From contig CAVVUS010000010.1 of assembly GCA_963751345.1 (NCBI GenBank), forward strand, positions 1 through 64,000: DNA of 64,000 bases, written 5' to 3'. The position numbers and the translations under genes were made by a program. This document shows positions 1 through 10,353 of the stretch, in pieces. The notes under the pieces were generated by a model. That model searched no databases, was not told the DNA's origin, and was given only the letters and a program-made list of their open reading frames with translations. Origin of the DNA: an uncultured Chloroflexia bacterium. Its GTDB lineage: Bacteria > Chloroflexota > Anaerolineae > B4-G1 > SLSP01. Position 1 is the stretch's first letter. The number at the start of each line of letters is the position of its first letter.

Positions 1-26
1 GCGGCTTGGACTAAGGAGCATTTGAT

Positions 27-1064
27 ATGTACGATGCGGTGGCACACTTCGGATCTCTCTATGCCAACACCCCTGCCGAGTTTTCCTTCTGCTCCGGAAC
101 CGAGGAAGGATGGTTGGCATGGCGCGAGGCCTTCCGCCCGCGTCTCGCGCAGGCGTTGGGTCTGGACAACGTTGCGACCGATCTGGCAGGATACGAACCA
201 AATGCCGAGCGGGTGGCCTCCGAGGATCAGGATGGCTATGTGCGGGAGTCGTGGATCCTTTGGGTGGAGCCGACGGTGCCGCTGCCATTCTATCTCCTCA
301 GGCCCAAGGATGCGAAGGGGCCTCTGCCGCTCGTTCTGACGCCCCACGGTCACAACCACCCTTACATCTATGTGGGAATCGCGCATTCGGAGCAGGAGCA
401 GCTCTCGATCGAGGCCGGTGAGCGCGACATTGCGGTGCAGGCCGTGCACGAGGGTTATCTTGCCATCGCTCCGACTGCGCGCGCCTTTGGCGAGACGCGG
501 ACGGCGCAGGACAAGGCCGAGGATCGCGTTCACTCCTGCCATACCCAGCTCATGCACGACCTGCTTGTCGGGCGCACGCCAATCGGCGACCGGGTCTGGG
601 ATATCTCCCGCCTGATCGACTGGGCGCTGGAGACTCAGGATGTGGATGACGACCGCATCGCCATCACCGGGAACTCGGGCGGTGGCACGATCTCACTCTT
701 CGCTGCGGCCTGCGAGCCGCGGATCTCCGTCGCCGTGCCCAGCAGCTACTTCTGCACCTTCGCGGGCAGCATCGGCTCGATCCATCACTGCGACTGCAAC
801 TACGTGCCCGGCATGCTGCGCCTGGGCGAGATGTACGACGTCGCCGGCCTGATTGCGCCGCGTCCCTTCTGCGCGATTGCGGGCAAGGACGATCCGATTT
901 TCCCGATCGAGCATGTGCGGGACGCCTTCGAGCGGCTTCAGCGTGTTTACGCGGTGGCCGGCGTGCCCGAGAACTGTGAGCTCTACGTCGGGCACGAGGG
1001 CCACCGCTACTATAAGGCGGGCGCTTGGCCCTTCGTCCGCAGGCATTTCGGGCTTGAGGCATAG
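27..1064 (+). CDS. alpha/beta hydrolase (dienelactone hydrolase / Abhydrolase_7-like esterase)
   Basis: 345-aa ORF; nucleophile elbow GNSGGG, 'PHGH' oxyanion region, C-terminal 'GHEGH'; AAGGAG RBS upstream. Confidence 0.8.
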   Translation: MYDAVAHFGSLYANTPAEFSFCSGTEEGWLAWREAFRPRLAQALGLDNVATDLAGYEPNAERVASEDQDGYVRESWILWVEPTVPLPFYLLRPKDAKGPLPLVLTPHGHNHPYIYVGIAHSEQEQLSIEAGERDIAVQAVHEGYLAIAPTARAFGETRTAQDKAEDRVHSCHTQLMHDLLVGRTPIGDRVWDISRLIDWALETQDVDDDRIAITGNSGGGTISLFAAACEPRISVAVPSSYFCTFAGSIGSIHHCDCNYVPGMLRLGEMYDVAGLIAPRPFCAIAGKDDPIFPIEHVRDAFERLQRVYAVAGVPENCELYVGHEGHRYYKAGAWPFVRRHFGLEA

Positions 1065-1080
1065 GCGAGGTACTCGCGTG

Positions 1081-1635
1081 ATGGCGGACGCAGGGATAAA
1101 GGCGGGCCGGCTCCCGGTCGACGTCCGGCCTCTGGCTCGACAGGAACTTCTCGTTGTGGAGCGTGGGCTTCCTTACGGCCCACCGGAGAAACATGCGGAG
1201 CGTCTGGACCGCCAGCAGCGGGAGGCGGTCGTCTACCTGATCGCCTGGCATCAGGGCCAGCCCGTGGGACACGGGCTCCTCAAGTGGCAGGGGGCCGACG
1301 AGGAGCACGTTGCGTCGGTCTACCGGGGCATCTGCCCGGACGTCGAGGATCTGCTCGTGTCGGAGGCGTATCGGTCCCAAGGCATCGGCACACAGATCCT
1401 GCAGGCCGCCGAGCGCCTGGTCCGGGAGCGCGGCTTCGACCATATCGGTCTGAGCGTCGACGTGCGTAATCCCAGGGCGCGGGCGCTCTACGAGCGGCTG
1501 GGATACCGGGATGCCGGTCTCGGCCTGCACTCTGAGCATGGCGAGTACGTCAACCAGGCCGGCGGGGTCACGACCTGGGAGGAGACGTGTGTCTATCTGG
1601 TCAAGTCCTTGTCGGAGGACGTGAGCGCACCGTGA
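1081..1635 (+). CDS. GNAT family N-acetyltransferase
   Basis: Motif A 'LLVSEAYRSQGIG' and 'NPRARALYERLGY'; ATG at 1081 after GAGG. Confidence 0.85.
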   Translation: MADAGIKAGRLPVDVRPLARQELLVVERGLPYGPPEKHAERLDRQQREAVVYLIAWHQGQPVGHGLLKWQGADEEHVASVYRGICPDVEDLLVSEAYRSQGIGTQILQAAERLVRERGFDHIGLSVDVRNPRARALYERLGYRDAGLGLHSEHGEYVNQAGGVTTWEETCVYLVKSLSEDVSAP

Positions 1636-1682
1636 GCGACGCGTTCAGCATCGTCTCGCAGCATCTACCTTAGGAGGGTATC

Positions 1683-2991
1683 GTGGCAGTAACACCGCCG
1701 CCTGGCAGCTATCATCACCTGGTCGATCGTCTGAACCGCTCTCCGCAGGGCGCACCCCCTTCGGATGCGCTTTTCAAGATCCTGTCGGTGCTGCTCAGTG
1801 AGCGCGAAGCCGGATTGGTCGCGCAGCTTCCCATCAAGCCCTTCACCGCCGAGAAAGCTGCGCGCATCTGGGGCGTAAGCCTCGCCGAGGCGATCGGCGT
1901 CTTGGATGGGCTGGCAAGCCGCGCGGTGCTCCTGGATCTCGATCATAACGGGCAGACGACGTATGTCCTTCCGCCGCCGATGGCGGGCTTCTTCGAGTTC
2001 TCCATGATGCGCGCCCGCGACGACGTGGATCAGCACCTCCTTGCCGAGCTCTATTACCACTACTGCACGGTGGAGGATGACTTCATGAAGGCCCTCATCG
2101 CCCAGGGCGATACGCAGTTGGGGCGTGTCTTTGTCAACGAGCCTATCTTGCAGCCGGAGGTCCACGTCCTCGACTACGAACGGGCAAGTGAGGTGATCAA
2201 GACCGCCTCACATCGTGGCATCAGCCGCTGCTATTGTCGCTACAAGATGGAAGAAGCCGGACGCGAGACCGGAACGCCACAGGCGTGTGATGCCCCACAG
2301 GATATCTGCATGACCTTCAATGGCCCGGCACGGTCTCTGATCAAGGCCGGGTTCGCACGCGAGGTTGACCCTGTTGAGGGGCTGGACCTGCTGCAGCTAG
2401 CACAGGAGCACAACCTCGTGCAGTTCGGTGAGAACGTGCGCGAGGAGGTCAGCTTCATCTGTAACTGCTGTGGGTGCTGCTGTGAGGCTATGATCGCCGC
2501 GCGGCGCTTTGCCCTGACACGTCCCATCCACACGACCAACTATGAGCCGGTGGTCGCGACCGATGCCTGTACCGGGTGTGGACAGTGCACCAGCATCTGT
2601 CCGGTCGAGGCGATGACACTGGTCTCGGCCCATGACCCCGGCCAATCCACGGAAGCGGAAGGCCTGGGTCAATCCGGACGTCTGCCTGGGCTGCGGCGTC
2701 TGCGCCCGCGTCTGCCCGACGGAGAGTATTCGGCTGGAGCCGAGGCCCGAACGTGTCGTGACGCCCTACAACACGGCCCAGCGTATGGCCATGATGGCCA
2801 TCGAACGCGGCACGCTCCAGGACCTGATCTTCGACAATCACGTGCTCTGGAGCCACCGGGCGATGGCCACGCTGCTGGGCGTCATCCTGAAGCTGCCGCC
2901 GATCAAACAGGTGATGGCGACCGAGCAGGTCAAATCGCGCTACCTTGAGGCATTGGCCAAGCGTTTCAGCTCTATAGAGGAGTTGTCCTGA
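1683..2991 (+). CDS. 4Fe-4S dicluster domain protein (frameshift near 2640)
   Basis: 'ICNCCGCCC' plus two CxxCxxCxxxCP motifs split between ORFs 1683..2948 and 2632..2991. Confidence 0.8.
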
Positions 2992-4482
2992 TGGCAAGTA
3001 GGCCGCACATCCTGATCTTCAACCCCGACCAGTGGCGGGGCGACGTGATGGGTCACCTTGGTGATCCTGCCGCGGTCACGCCCAATCTTGACCGGCTGGT
3101 CGAAACCGATGCCGTCTCGTTTCGCGTGGCGGCGTGCCAGAACACGGTCTGTACGCCCAGCCGCTGCAGTTTCATGACCGGGTGGTATCCGCACGTCCGT
3201 GGGCACCGAACGATGCACTACATGCTGCGTGATGACGAGGGGGAGCCCAACCTGCTCCGCGTGCTGCGTGACAACGGCTATTTCGTCTGGTGGGGTGGCA
3301 AGAACGACCTGATCCCCGGACAGTTCGGCTACGAGCAGGACTGTGACATCAAGTACAAGCCCCCGCGACCGCCCAAGCCGGCCTGGATGGTCGATCGCCA
3401 GGAATCGTGGCGTAAGGCGCCTGAGAGCGACAGCTATTACTCCTTCTACGTGGGGAAGCTCGACACCGGCGGCGAGGAGATCTATTACGACGGTGATTGG
3501 GCCAACGTCCTGGGCGCGATCGACTTTATCAAGAATGCGCCGGCGGATCAGCCCCTCTGCATCTTCCTGCCGCTCACCTATCCCCATCCCCCGTACGCGG
3601 TGGAGGACGCCGTGGTACAGCATGATCGACCGCGACAAGGTCCCGCCACGCGCCCCGACGCCCGCGGATTGGAGCGACAAGGCCTCGCTGCTCCAGGCGA
3701 TCTCGGAGGCGCAGGGGCTGCAGGACTGGAACGAGGAGCGCTGGACCGAGTTGCGCGCGGTCTACTACGGCATGTGCGCCCGGCTGGATCACCAGCTTGG
3801 GCTGGTGCTCGACGCGCTCAAGGAGGCCGGGATCTACGACGACACCGCGGTCTTCGTCTTTGCCGACCACGGCGACTACACCGGCGACTACGGCATCGTG
3901 GAGAAGACCCAGAACACGTTCGAGGACGCCCTGGTCCGGGTGCCGTTCGTCGTCAAGCCGCCCAAGGACGTGCCGGTGACGCCGCGGGTCAGCGAGGCGT
4001 TGGTGGAGTTGGTGGACTTCCCCGCGACGGTCTACGATCTCGCCGGGATCGACCCGGGCTATTGGCACTTTGGCCGGAGCCTGCTTGCCCGTGCTCTCGG
4101 GTGCCACGGACGAGCTTCGCGATGCGATCTTCTCCGAGGGGGGCGCCTGATGGGCGAGCGGCAGGCGATGGAGCTGCCCTCGGTCGAGGCGATGGAAGAT
4201 CCCTCGACGAGCCTCTATTGGCCGCGCATCAAGCACCAGATCACGGACGAGCAGCCCTGGCACACCAAGGCCACGATGTGCCGCACCCGCGACTACAAGT
4301 ACATCCGGCGCCTCTACGAGCAGGACGAGCTCTACGACCTGCGCGCCGACCCGCAGGAGACGCGCAACCTCATCGACGATCCGGCGTATGCCGAGGTTGC
4401 GCAGCGACTCAAGGAGCGGATGCTGACGTGGTATATGGCGACGTGCGACGTCGTCCCGTTTGATATCGACCAACGTCACTAA
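2991..4482 (+). CDS. sulfatase (formylglycine-dependent), frameshifted near 3610 and 4090-4140
   Basis: 'RPHILIFNPDQ', CTPSR motif, 'ADHG', 'DELYDLRADPQETRNL' across ORFs 2991.. and 3343..4482. Confidence 0.85.
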
Positions 4483-4488
4483 CAAGAG

Positions 4489-4535
4489 ACCTTTGGGGCA
4501 AGCCCGAGTCTGCTCGGGCCGGAAACCCCAAAGGT
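4489..4535. repeat. REP-like nested palindrome
   Basis: ACCTTTGGGG...CCCCAAAGGT enclosing GCCCGAG-TCTG-CTCGGGC. Confidence 0.65.
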
Positions 4536-4554
4536 TTTGTGCGAGGAAGTTATA

Positions 4555-5006
4555 GTGGAAACCGATCTGCGCCACAAGGTCTACGCGTACATCACGCATG
4601 GGCATCGGCTTCTCGTCTTCAGCCACCGCGATTTCCCGGAGGCGGGCATCCAGGTGCCGGGAGGAACGATGGAGGAGGGGGAGGATCCGAAGTCGCCGTG
4701 ATGCGTGAGGCGTTGGAGGAGACCGGGTTGGCTGATCTGCGTTTTGGCTCTTTCCTGGGCGAGGTGGCGCAGCCGTTGCCTGAGCTTGGCCAGGTGCACC
4801 ACCGGCGCTACTATCACCTGATCTGCGATGGGGACCCGCCAACGCGTTGGCATCACGACGAGACGGATCCCTCGGATGGGAGCCCGGCGCCCATCCGATT
4901 CGAGTTCATCTGGGCCGAATTGCCGTGCCGGGCGTGCCCGAGTTGAGCGGGCGATCTTGGGCAGATGCTGCCGGCGCTGCTTCACGAAGTCAAAACTGGA
5001 GGGTAG
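4555..5006 (+). CDS. NUDIX hydrolase (frameshifted)
   Basis: Manual translation from GTG 4555: VETDLRHKVYAYITHGHRLLVF...QVPGGTMEEGEDP, then next frame VAVMREALEETGL (Nudix box); stop abuts next ATG. Confidence 0.75.
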
Positions 5007-6755
5007 ATGGATACAACGCGCGATATCACGTTTGACGTTAGCCAGACGCCGTTCAGTCGATATGGCTCCTACTATACCATCGCATATCGCGACCAGGCCG
5101 ACCTGCCGTTTGGGAGCGGGCTCTACCTTCGCTCGGTGCACGGACAGGGTGTCGTCAGACCCGAGCTCTTTCGGATTGACTGGGCGGACGGTCAGCCGAT
5201 CGAACTGCATGAGGTCACTGCGCATCCCTCACACCTCACGCTCACGCACAGGGACGGACACAGGGTCACGATCTGCATCCCGGAGCCCGGCACGGTGCGT
5301 ATCCGCGGTGAGGGCGTGGGGCTGCGGCTGGAGATGCAGCCGGACGCCGGGGTGGTCGTGCATCCGGCCGACGGCGGTCGATGGGTCGTGAACGTCCTGC
5401 CGTCGTACCGCCGATATATGTTCGAGGTGATTCGCGGCGCAGTGGATGTCGACGCCCCGACCTTTCTCAGCCCCCGGCATACGCTGCACCACAAACGTGT
5501 GGTCCTGACGCTCAAGCCCGACCTCAGCGGCGCACTGGATGCAGCCATCGATGAGTTCGGCAGTTCCTGGTCGTCCCGGTCCCGACGCCCCTTCGAGGCC
5601 TGCGTGGCGGGCGTGCAGGAGGCCTTCGACGCTTGGATGGATGGCATGCCCGAGGTGCCGGAAGCGTGGCAGAAGACCCTGGCGTGGGCTGCATACGTCG
5701 ACTGGTCCTGCGTGGTCGAGCCCTTCGACCGGCTCATCCGGCCGACGATGTTTATGTCGAAGAACCATATGTGCCAGGTATGGAGCTGGGACAACTGCTT
5801 CAACGCGATGGCGATGAGCTACGGCCATCCCGAGCTCGGCTGGGATCAGCTTATGGTGATGGCCGATCACCAGGACCCCTATGGTGCTTTCCCGGATGCC
5901 GTCAACGATTTCATCCGCCACTACAACTTCAGCAAACCGCCGGTCCACGGATGGGCGTTGAGCTTTATGCGCCAGCAGAAGCCCGAATACTTCGCCTCCG
6001 CGCGCCTGCGCGAGATCTACGGCCCTTTCAGCCGGATGGCGAACTGGTGGCTGACCTACCGCGTCGGTCAGGGAGAGTCCTTACCCCACTATCTCCACGG
6101 CAACGACAGCGGGTGGGACAACAGCACGATGTTCGACGCCGGCATCCCGTTGATCGCGCCGGATCTGGCCGCCCTCCTGGCGCTCCACTGTATGGAGCTG
6201 TCGGATCTCGCCGACGCTCTTGGCGAATCCGCCGAGGCGGTGCGCTGGCACGAGACCGCCATCCGCCTGGTTGCGGACCTGATCCACACACTTTGGCGCG
6301 AGGATCACTTCGTGGCGATGCGCCAAACAGATCACCAGATCGTGGAAAGCAAGAGCCTGATCCCCTGTATCCCCATCGTGCTGGGCAAGTGGCTCCCGCC
6401 CGAGTTCCAGACGGCTCTGGTCGAGCAGATTCGAGGATTCATAACGGAGTTCGGGCTGGCGACGGAGCAGCCCGATAGCCCTGAATATGTCTCCGACGGC
6501 TACTGGCGCGGCCCGATCTGGGCGCCGTCCACGCTGCTGATTGTCTCGGGGTTGGAGGAGGTCGGTGAGCACGAGTTGGCGCGTACGATCAGCGAGCGAT
6601 TTTGCGCGATGTGTGCGCGCAGCGGCTTTGCCGAGAACTTCGACGCGTTGACGGGGGAGGGGCTGCGGGACCCTGCCTATACCTGGACCGCCAGCGTCTT
6701 CATGATCCTGGCGCACAAGCTGGCTGAAGGACAAGGGTCCTCAGGGGGCGCATAG
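5007..6755 (+). CDS. GH63/MGH1-like glycoside hydrolase ((alpha/alpha)6 fold)
   Basis: 'WSWD', 'KPPVHGW', 'NDSGWDNS', 'YWRGPIW', 'FAENFD', 'YTWTAS' motifs. Confidence 0.8.
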   Translation: MDTTRDITFDVSQTPFSRYGSYYTIAYRDQADLPFGSGLYLRSVHGQGVVRPELFRIDWADGQPIELHEVTAHPSHLTLTHRDGHRVTICIPEPGTVRIRGEGVGLRLEMQPDAGVVVHPADGGRWVVNVLPSYRRYMFEVIRGAVDVDAPTFLSPRHTLHHKRVVLTLKPDLSGALDAAIDEFGSSWSSRSRRPFEACVAGVQEAFDAWMDGMPEVPEAWQKTLAWAAYVDWSCVVEPFDRLIRPTMFMSKNHMCQVWSWDNCFNAMAMSYGHPELGWDQLMVMADHQDPYGAFPDAVNDFIRHYNFSKPPVHGWALSFMRQQKPEYFASARLREIYGPFSRMANWWLTYRVGQGESLPHYLHGNDSGWDNSTMFDAGIPLIAPDLAALLALHCMELSDLADALGESAEAVRWHETAIRLVADLIHTLWREDHFVAMRQTDHQIVESKSLIPCIPIVLGKWLPPEFQTALVEQIRGFITEFGLATEQPDSPEYVSDGYWRGPIWAPSTLLIVSGLEEVGEHELARTISERFCAMCARSGFAENFDALTGEGLRDPAYTWTASVFMILAHKLAEGQGSSGGA

Positions 6756-6757
6756 GC

Positions 6758-8230
6758 GTGAGGCGTCCGAACATCCTCCTCATCACGACGGACGAACAGC
6801 GCTTCGACTGCGTCGGCTGCTACGGCAACCCGGTGATCCGCACGCCCAATATGGACCGCATCGCCCGTGAGGGCGTCCGGTTCGAGCGCGGCTACGTCCA
6901 GAACCCGATGTGTATGCCTGCGCGGATGGCCCTGATGACGGGCCGCTACTGCTCCGAACACGGGGTCAACATCAACTGCGTTGGGCTTCCCCAGCACGAG
7001 CAGGACCACACCTTCATGCGATACCTGGCCGAGGCGGGCTACCACACGGCGGCCATCGGCAAGATGCACATGATGCCGAAGTGGGGGCCGTTTGGCTTTG
7101 CCTATCTGGACCTGGTCGAGGGCAAGGCGGACGCGAACAACCAGTACGTCGATGACCTCGAGGCCAAGGGATTGAACGGCCTGCAGCACGAGGCTAAGGG
7201 TGACAAGGGTGCGCTGGGGATCTACACCAGCGCCCTTCCCGCGGAGGATACGATCGACGGTTTCGTCGGGCGGCGCGCCGAGCGTTGGCTCCGCGAGTGG
7301 GAGGGGGAGGCCCCGTTCTTCCTGTGGGTCTCGTTCTCGAACCCTCACTTTCCCTTCGACCCGCCCGAGCCTTACGACACGATGTACGATCCGGCGGAGG
7401 TGCCCGGACCGGTCTGGCGTGAGGGAGAGATGGCGACGAAGCCGGCCCAGCGCCGGCTACAGCAGGAGCGGGGCTACGACCGCGTGAGCGAGGCCGACCT
7501 GCGCCGGATGATCGCGCACTACTACGGCAACGTGACGCTCGTCGACGACCAGATCGGCACGATCCTGGACGTCCTGGAGCGGAAGGGATTGCTGGACGAG
7601 ACCATGGTCGCGTTCACCAGCGACCACGGAGACCACCTCGGCGACCACCGGCTGATGCACAAGAGCGGTGTCACCTTCTACGACGTCAGCGTGCGGGTGC
7701 CCTACCTGATTCGCTATCCGGCGCGCTTCCCCCAAGGTGCGGTCTGTGAGGCGCTCGTGGAGTCCATCGACCTCCCCGCGACCTTCCTCGACGTCGCGGG
7801 GGTGGAAATTCCCCGCACGATGCAGGGGCGGAGCCTCGTCGGGTTGGCGGAGGGCAGGATCGAGGATTGGCGCGACGACGCCTTCTCGGAGATCGACCTG
7901 CATCTCAACCCCAAGATGCACGGCCCAAGCGATCCGGGCTCAAGGGACTATGTCGCCATGATCTGCACCCGCGAGTGGAAGTACGTGCACTTCCCGAACC
8001 TCGGCATCGGCGAGCTCTACGACCTGGTCAACGATCCGCACGAGCTGACCAACCTCTTCTACGAGCCCGCCTACGCTCCGAAGGTCGCGGAGATGCGCCT
8101 GAGGTTGCTCAACCGCTTCATGGCGAACCAGCGCCCGTACGTCGGCGAGCGCACGGAGACCTTCCGCGAGCACTACGATGCAGATCATCGACCGCCGGAG
8201 CCCATCCCCGGCGTGACGTACGCAGGCTGA
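6758..8230 (+). CDS. sulfatase (choline/arylsulfatase-like)
   Basis: 'RPNILLITTDEQ', CMPAR motif, 'GKMH', 'SDHG', 'ELYDLVNDPHELTNL'. Confidence 0.9.
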   Translation: MRRPNILLITTDEQRFDCVGCYGNPVIRTPNMDRIAREGVRFERGYVQNPMCMPARMALMTGRYCSEHGVNINCVGLPQHEQDHTFMRYLAEAGYHTAAIGKMHMMPKWGPFGFAYLDLVEGKADANNQYVDDLEAKGLNGLQHEAKGDKGALGIYTSALPAEDTIDGFVGRRAERWLREWEGEAPFFLWVSFSNPHFPFDPPEPYDTMYDPAEVPGPVWREGEMATKPAQRRLQQERGYDRVSEADLRRMIAHYYGNVTLVDDQIGTILDVLERKGLLDETMVAFTSDHGDHLGDHRLMHKSGVTFYDVSVRVPYLIRYPARFPQGAVCEALVESIDLPATFLDVAGVEIPRTMQGRSLVGLAEGRIEDWRDDAFSEIDLHLNPKMHGPSDPGSRDYVAMICTREWKYVHFPNLGIGELYDLVNDPHELTNLFYEPAYAPKVAEMRLRLLNRFMANQRPYVGERTETFREHYDADHRPPEPIPGVTYAG

Positions 8231-8244
8231 TCGACGACGAACTT

Positions 8245-8311
8245 GGTTCGTAGTAACCGCTTCAGCGGTTCTGGCGCTGGAGTCTGACGGCTAAAGCCGT
8301 TACTACGAACC
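8245..8311. repeat. REP-like element with 13-bp terminal inverted repeats
   Basis: GGTTCGTAGTAAC...GTTACTACGAACC with internal hairpins AACCGC-TTCA-GCGGTT and ACGGC-TAAA-GCCGT. Confidence 0.75.
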
Positions 8312-8395
8312 TCAGACGCTTGTTTAACTCACCGCTCGTCCGCCCTCCGGAACGGTGCACGACCCGGAGGATGGACAGACCTGGAAGGAGCAGAG

Positions 8396-9214
8396 ATGGT
8401 ACTTGATGGACATGTTCACATCGGCGAGGGCGAGCCCGATCCCGGTGCGCTGGCTCAGGCGTTCGATCGCGCGGCGATCGACGGCGGAATCCTGATCTCG
8501 CAGGCCCCGGCCTCGTTTGACGGTGCGCTCAAGGCGAACCGCCCCGCCCAGCGACTCGACAACCTGCTGGCGTGGTGCACGGCGGGACCGCAGCTCTATC
8601 CCTTCTACTGGATCGATCCTCTGGAGACCGACGCGCTTCAGCAGGTGGACCTGGCGCTCTCCCGCGGTGTCGCCGGATTCAAGGTCATCTGCGACCATTT
8701 CTATCCGGGTGACGCGGATGCCTTGCGCACCTTCCGGGCCATCGCGGAGGCCGGCAAGCCGATGCTCTTCCACTCCGGTATCCTCTGGGACGGCAAGCCC
8801 TCCTCCCAATACAACCGCCCGGCCAACTTCGAGGCCCTGTTGGCAGTGGACGGACTGCGGTTCGCCCTGGCTCACATCTCCTGGCCCTGGGTCGACGAGT
8901 GCATCGCGCTGTACGGTAAGATCGGCGCTGCGATGCGACGTGGTTCGGGGGCGACCGTCGAGATGTTCATCGATACCACGCCGGGCACGCCGCCCATCTA
9001 CCGCCGGGATGCGCTCACCAAGCTCTTCACGGTGGGCTATGACGTGGCGCACAACGTCTTCTTCGGCAGCGATGGGTCCGCCAATGCTTACAACGGCGAA
9101 TACGCACGCCAATGGATCTCGCGGGATGAGCAGATTATGGCGGAGATTGGCGTGGATGAGGCTACACAAGAGGCCGTCTTCTCCGGCAACCTGAAGCGGT
9201 TCCTGGGCCTGTAG
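8396..9214 (+). CDS. amidohydrolase family protein (Amidohydro_2-like)
   Basis: 'DGHVH', 'GFK', 'FHSG', 'LAHISWP', 'FGSD' metal-binding pattern. Confidence 0.8.
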   Translation: MVLDGHVHIGEGEPDPGALAQAFDRAAIDGGILISQAPASFDGALKANRPAQRLDNLLAWCTAGPQLYPFYWIDPLETDALQQVDLALSRGVAGFKVICDHFYPGDADALRTFRAIAEAGKPMLFHSGILWDGKPSSQYNRPANFEALLAVDGLRFALAHISWPWVDECIALYGKIGAAMRRGSGATVEMFIDTTPGTPPIYRRDALTKLFTVGYDVAHNVFFGSDGSANAYNGEYARQWISRDEQIMAEIGVDEATQEAVFSGNLKRFLGL

Positions 9215-9227
9215 ACGGGAGATCACA

Positions 9228-10265
9228 ATGATGCAGACCAGGAGCGTTTTCGAGCGCAGCCTTTCTCGGCTGCGCAACGAGACCGGGATCGTCATCCCGG
9301 TCTACATCCCGGATGGGGTGGACGAGTCACAAGCGGTCTCGCTGCTGACTGACACCGTGGTCGCCTGCTGCGAGCAGGTCGCGGATCCGTCGGCCGTCTG
9401 TCTGAGCGTGGATGGCGTCGAAAACGGCGCAGAGGTGGCCCGGGATCTGGCGGAGCAGTACGGCGTCTCCTCGACGGTGACGCCGGTCAACCTGGGAAAG
9501 CTCCAGGGCGTCAGGAATGGCGCGCGCACCCTGCTGGACCGCTTCGGGCTTACCTACCTCGCCGTGTTGGATTCCGACAGCGACCATTGCGCCAACGAGC
9601 TCCTGAACTTCGTGCGTGCAGCCGACCACGTCGTCGCCCAGACGGGCGACGAGCGCTTGATGATGCTGGGGCGCCGGATCTCGCTCCATCGTCCGATGGG
9701 GCTGCTGCGAGGCGAACTGGAGGACATCGCCGACCGGATGCTGCTCCACGCGCTCTACTACCACGCCGCGCGCTCGGGCCATCCGCTCCGGCTCGAATAC
9801 GCCACGATGATCGAGGACGTGCCGGACTTCCACTCCGGGTATAAGCTCTTCAGCCGCGAGACGGCGGAGGTCGTCTTTCTCTCCCCGCCGAACCCGGCGG
9901 GGCTGTCGGACACGACCTATTACCGCCACGCGGTCGAGGCCGTGATGGCGGTGGAGACGATCCTGAGCGGGGGGAGGCTGGGCGTCGTCAACCGCACGAC
10001 CTACAACCGCCAGCCCGTCACCACCTTCGGGCTCCTCAATCGGGCAAAGCTCACCGCCGACATGATTATCTGGCCGTGCAAGCGTCTCGGCGTGCCGGGC
10101 GCCTTCGTCCGCCAGTGGATGGAGAACGATCTCCCGGCGCTGCTGCTGGGGACGCTGGTCCCCGAGGGGCGGCAGGAGTTGGAGGGGGTCTACCGGCAGG
10201 TGCTGGCGGCTTTTGACGAGGAGGGCGCCGTCGATCCCTTCGACAAGCAGCCGCTGTTTATCTGA
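9228..10265 (+). CDS. GT-A fold (GT2-like) glycosyltransferase
   Basis: 'IVIPVY', 'SVDG', 'NLGKLQGVRNG', 'LDSDSDH', 'DFHSGYKLF'. Confidence 0.65.
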   Translation: MMQTRSVFERSLSRLRNETGIVIPVYIPDGVDESQAVSLLTDTVVACCEQVADPSAVCLSVDGVENGAEVARDLAEQYGVSSTVTPVNLGKLQGVRNGARTLLDRFGLTYLAVLDSDSDHCANELLNFVRAADHVVAQTGDERLMMLGRRISLHRPMGLLRGELEDIADRMLLHALYYHAARSGHPLRLEYATMIEDVPDFHSGYKLFSRETAEVVFLSPPNPAGLSDTTYYRHAVEAVMAVETILSGGRLGVVNRTTYNRQPVTTFGLLNRAKLTADMIIWPCKRLGVPGAFVRQWMENDLPALLLGTLVPEGRQELEGVYRQVLAAFDEEGAVDPFDKQPLFI

Positions 10266-10300
10266 GGCGGCAGTCTCCCTCACCCGGCGAGTCTGCGTGC

Positions 10301-10327
10301 TTGGTCCAATCTCCGAGATTGGACCAA
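10301..10327. repeat. perfect 12-bp hairpin between convergent genes (REP-like or terminator)
   Basis: TTGGTCCAATCT-CCG-AGATTGGACCAA. Confidence 0.6.
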
Positions 10328-10353
10328 TCTTTTCTCCGTCGCACGTGGCTTGA

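Noticed and set aside
1683-2991. Radical-SAM sulfatase maturase or selenoprotein
   Set aside because: No CxxxCxxC radical-SAM motif; the Cys cluster uses TGC/TGT; the split is a frameshift, not a TGA.
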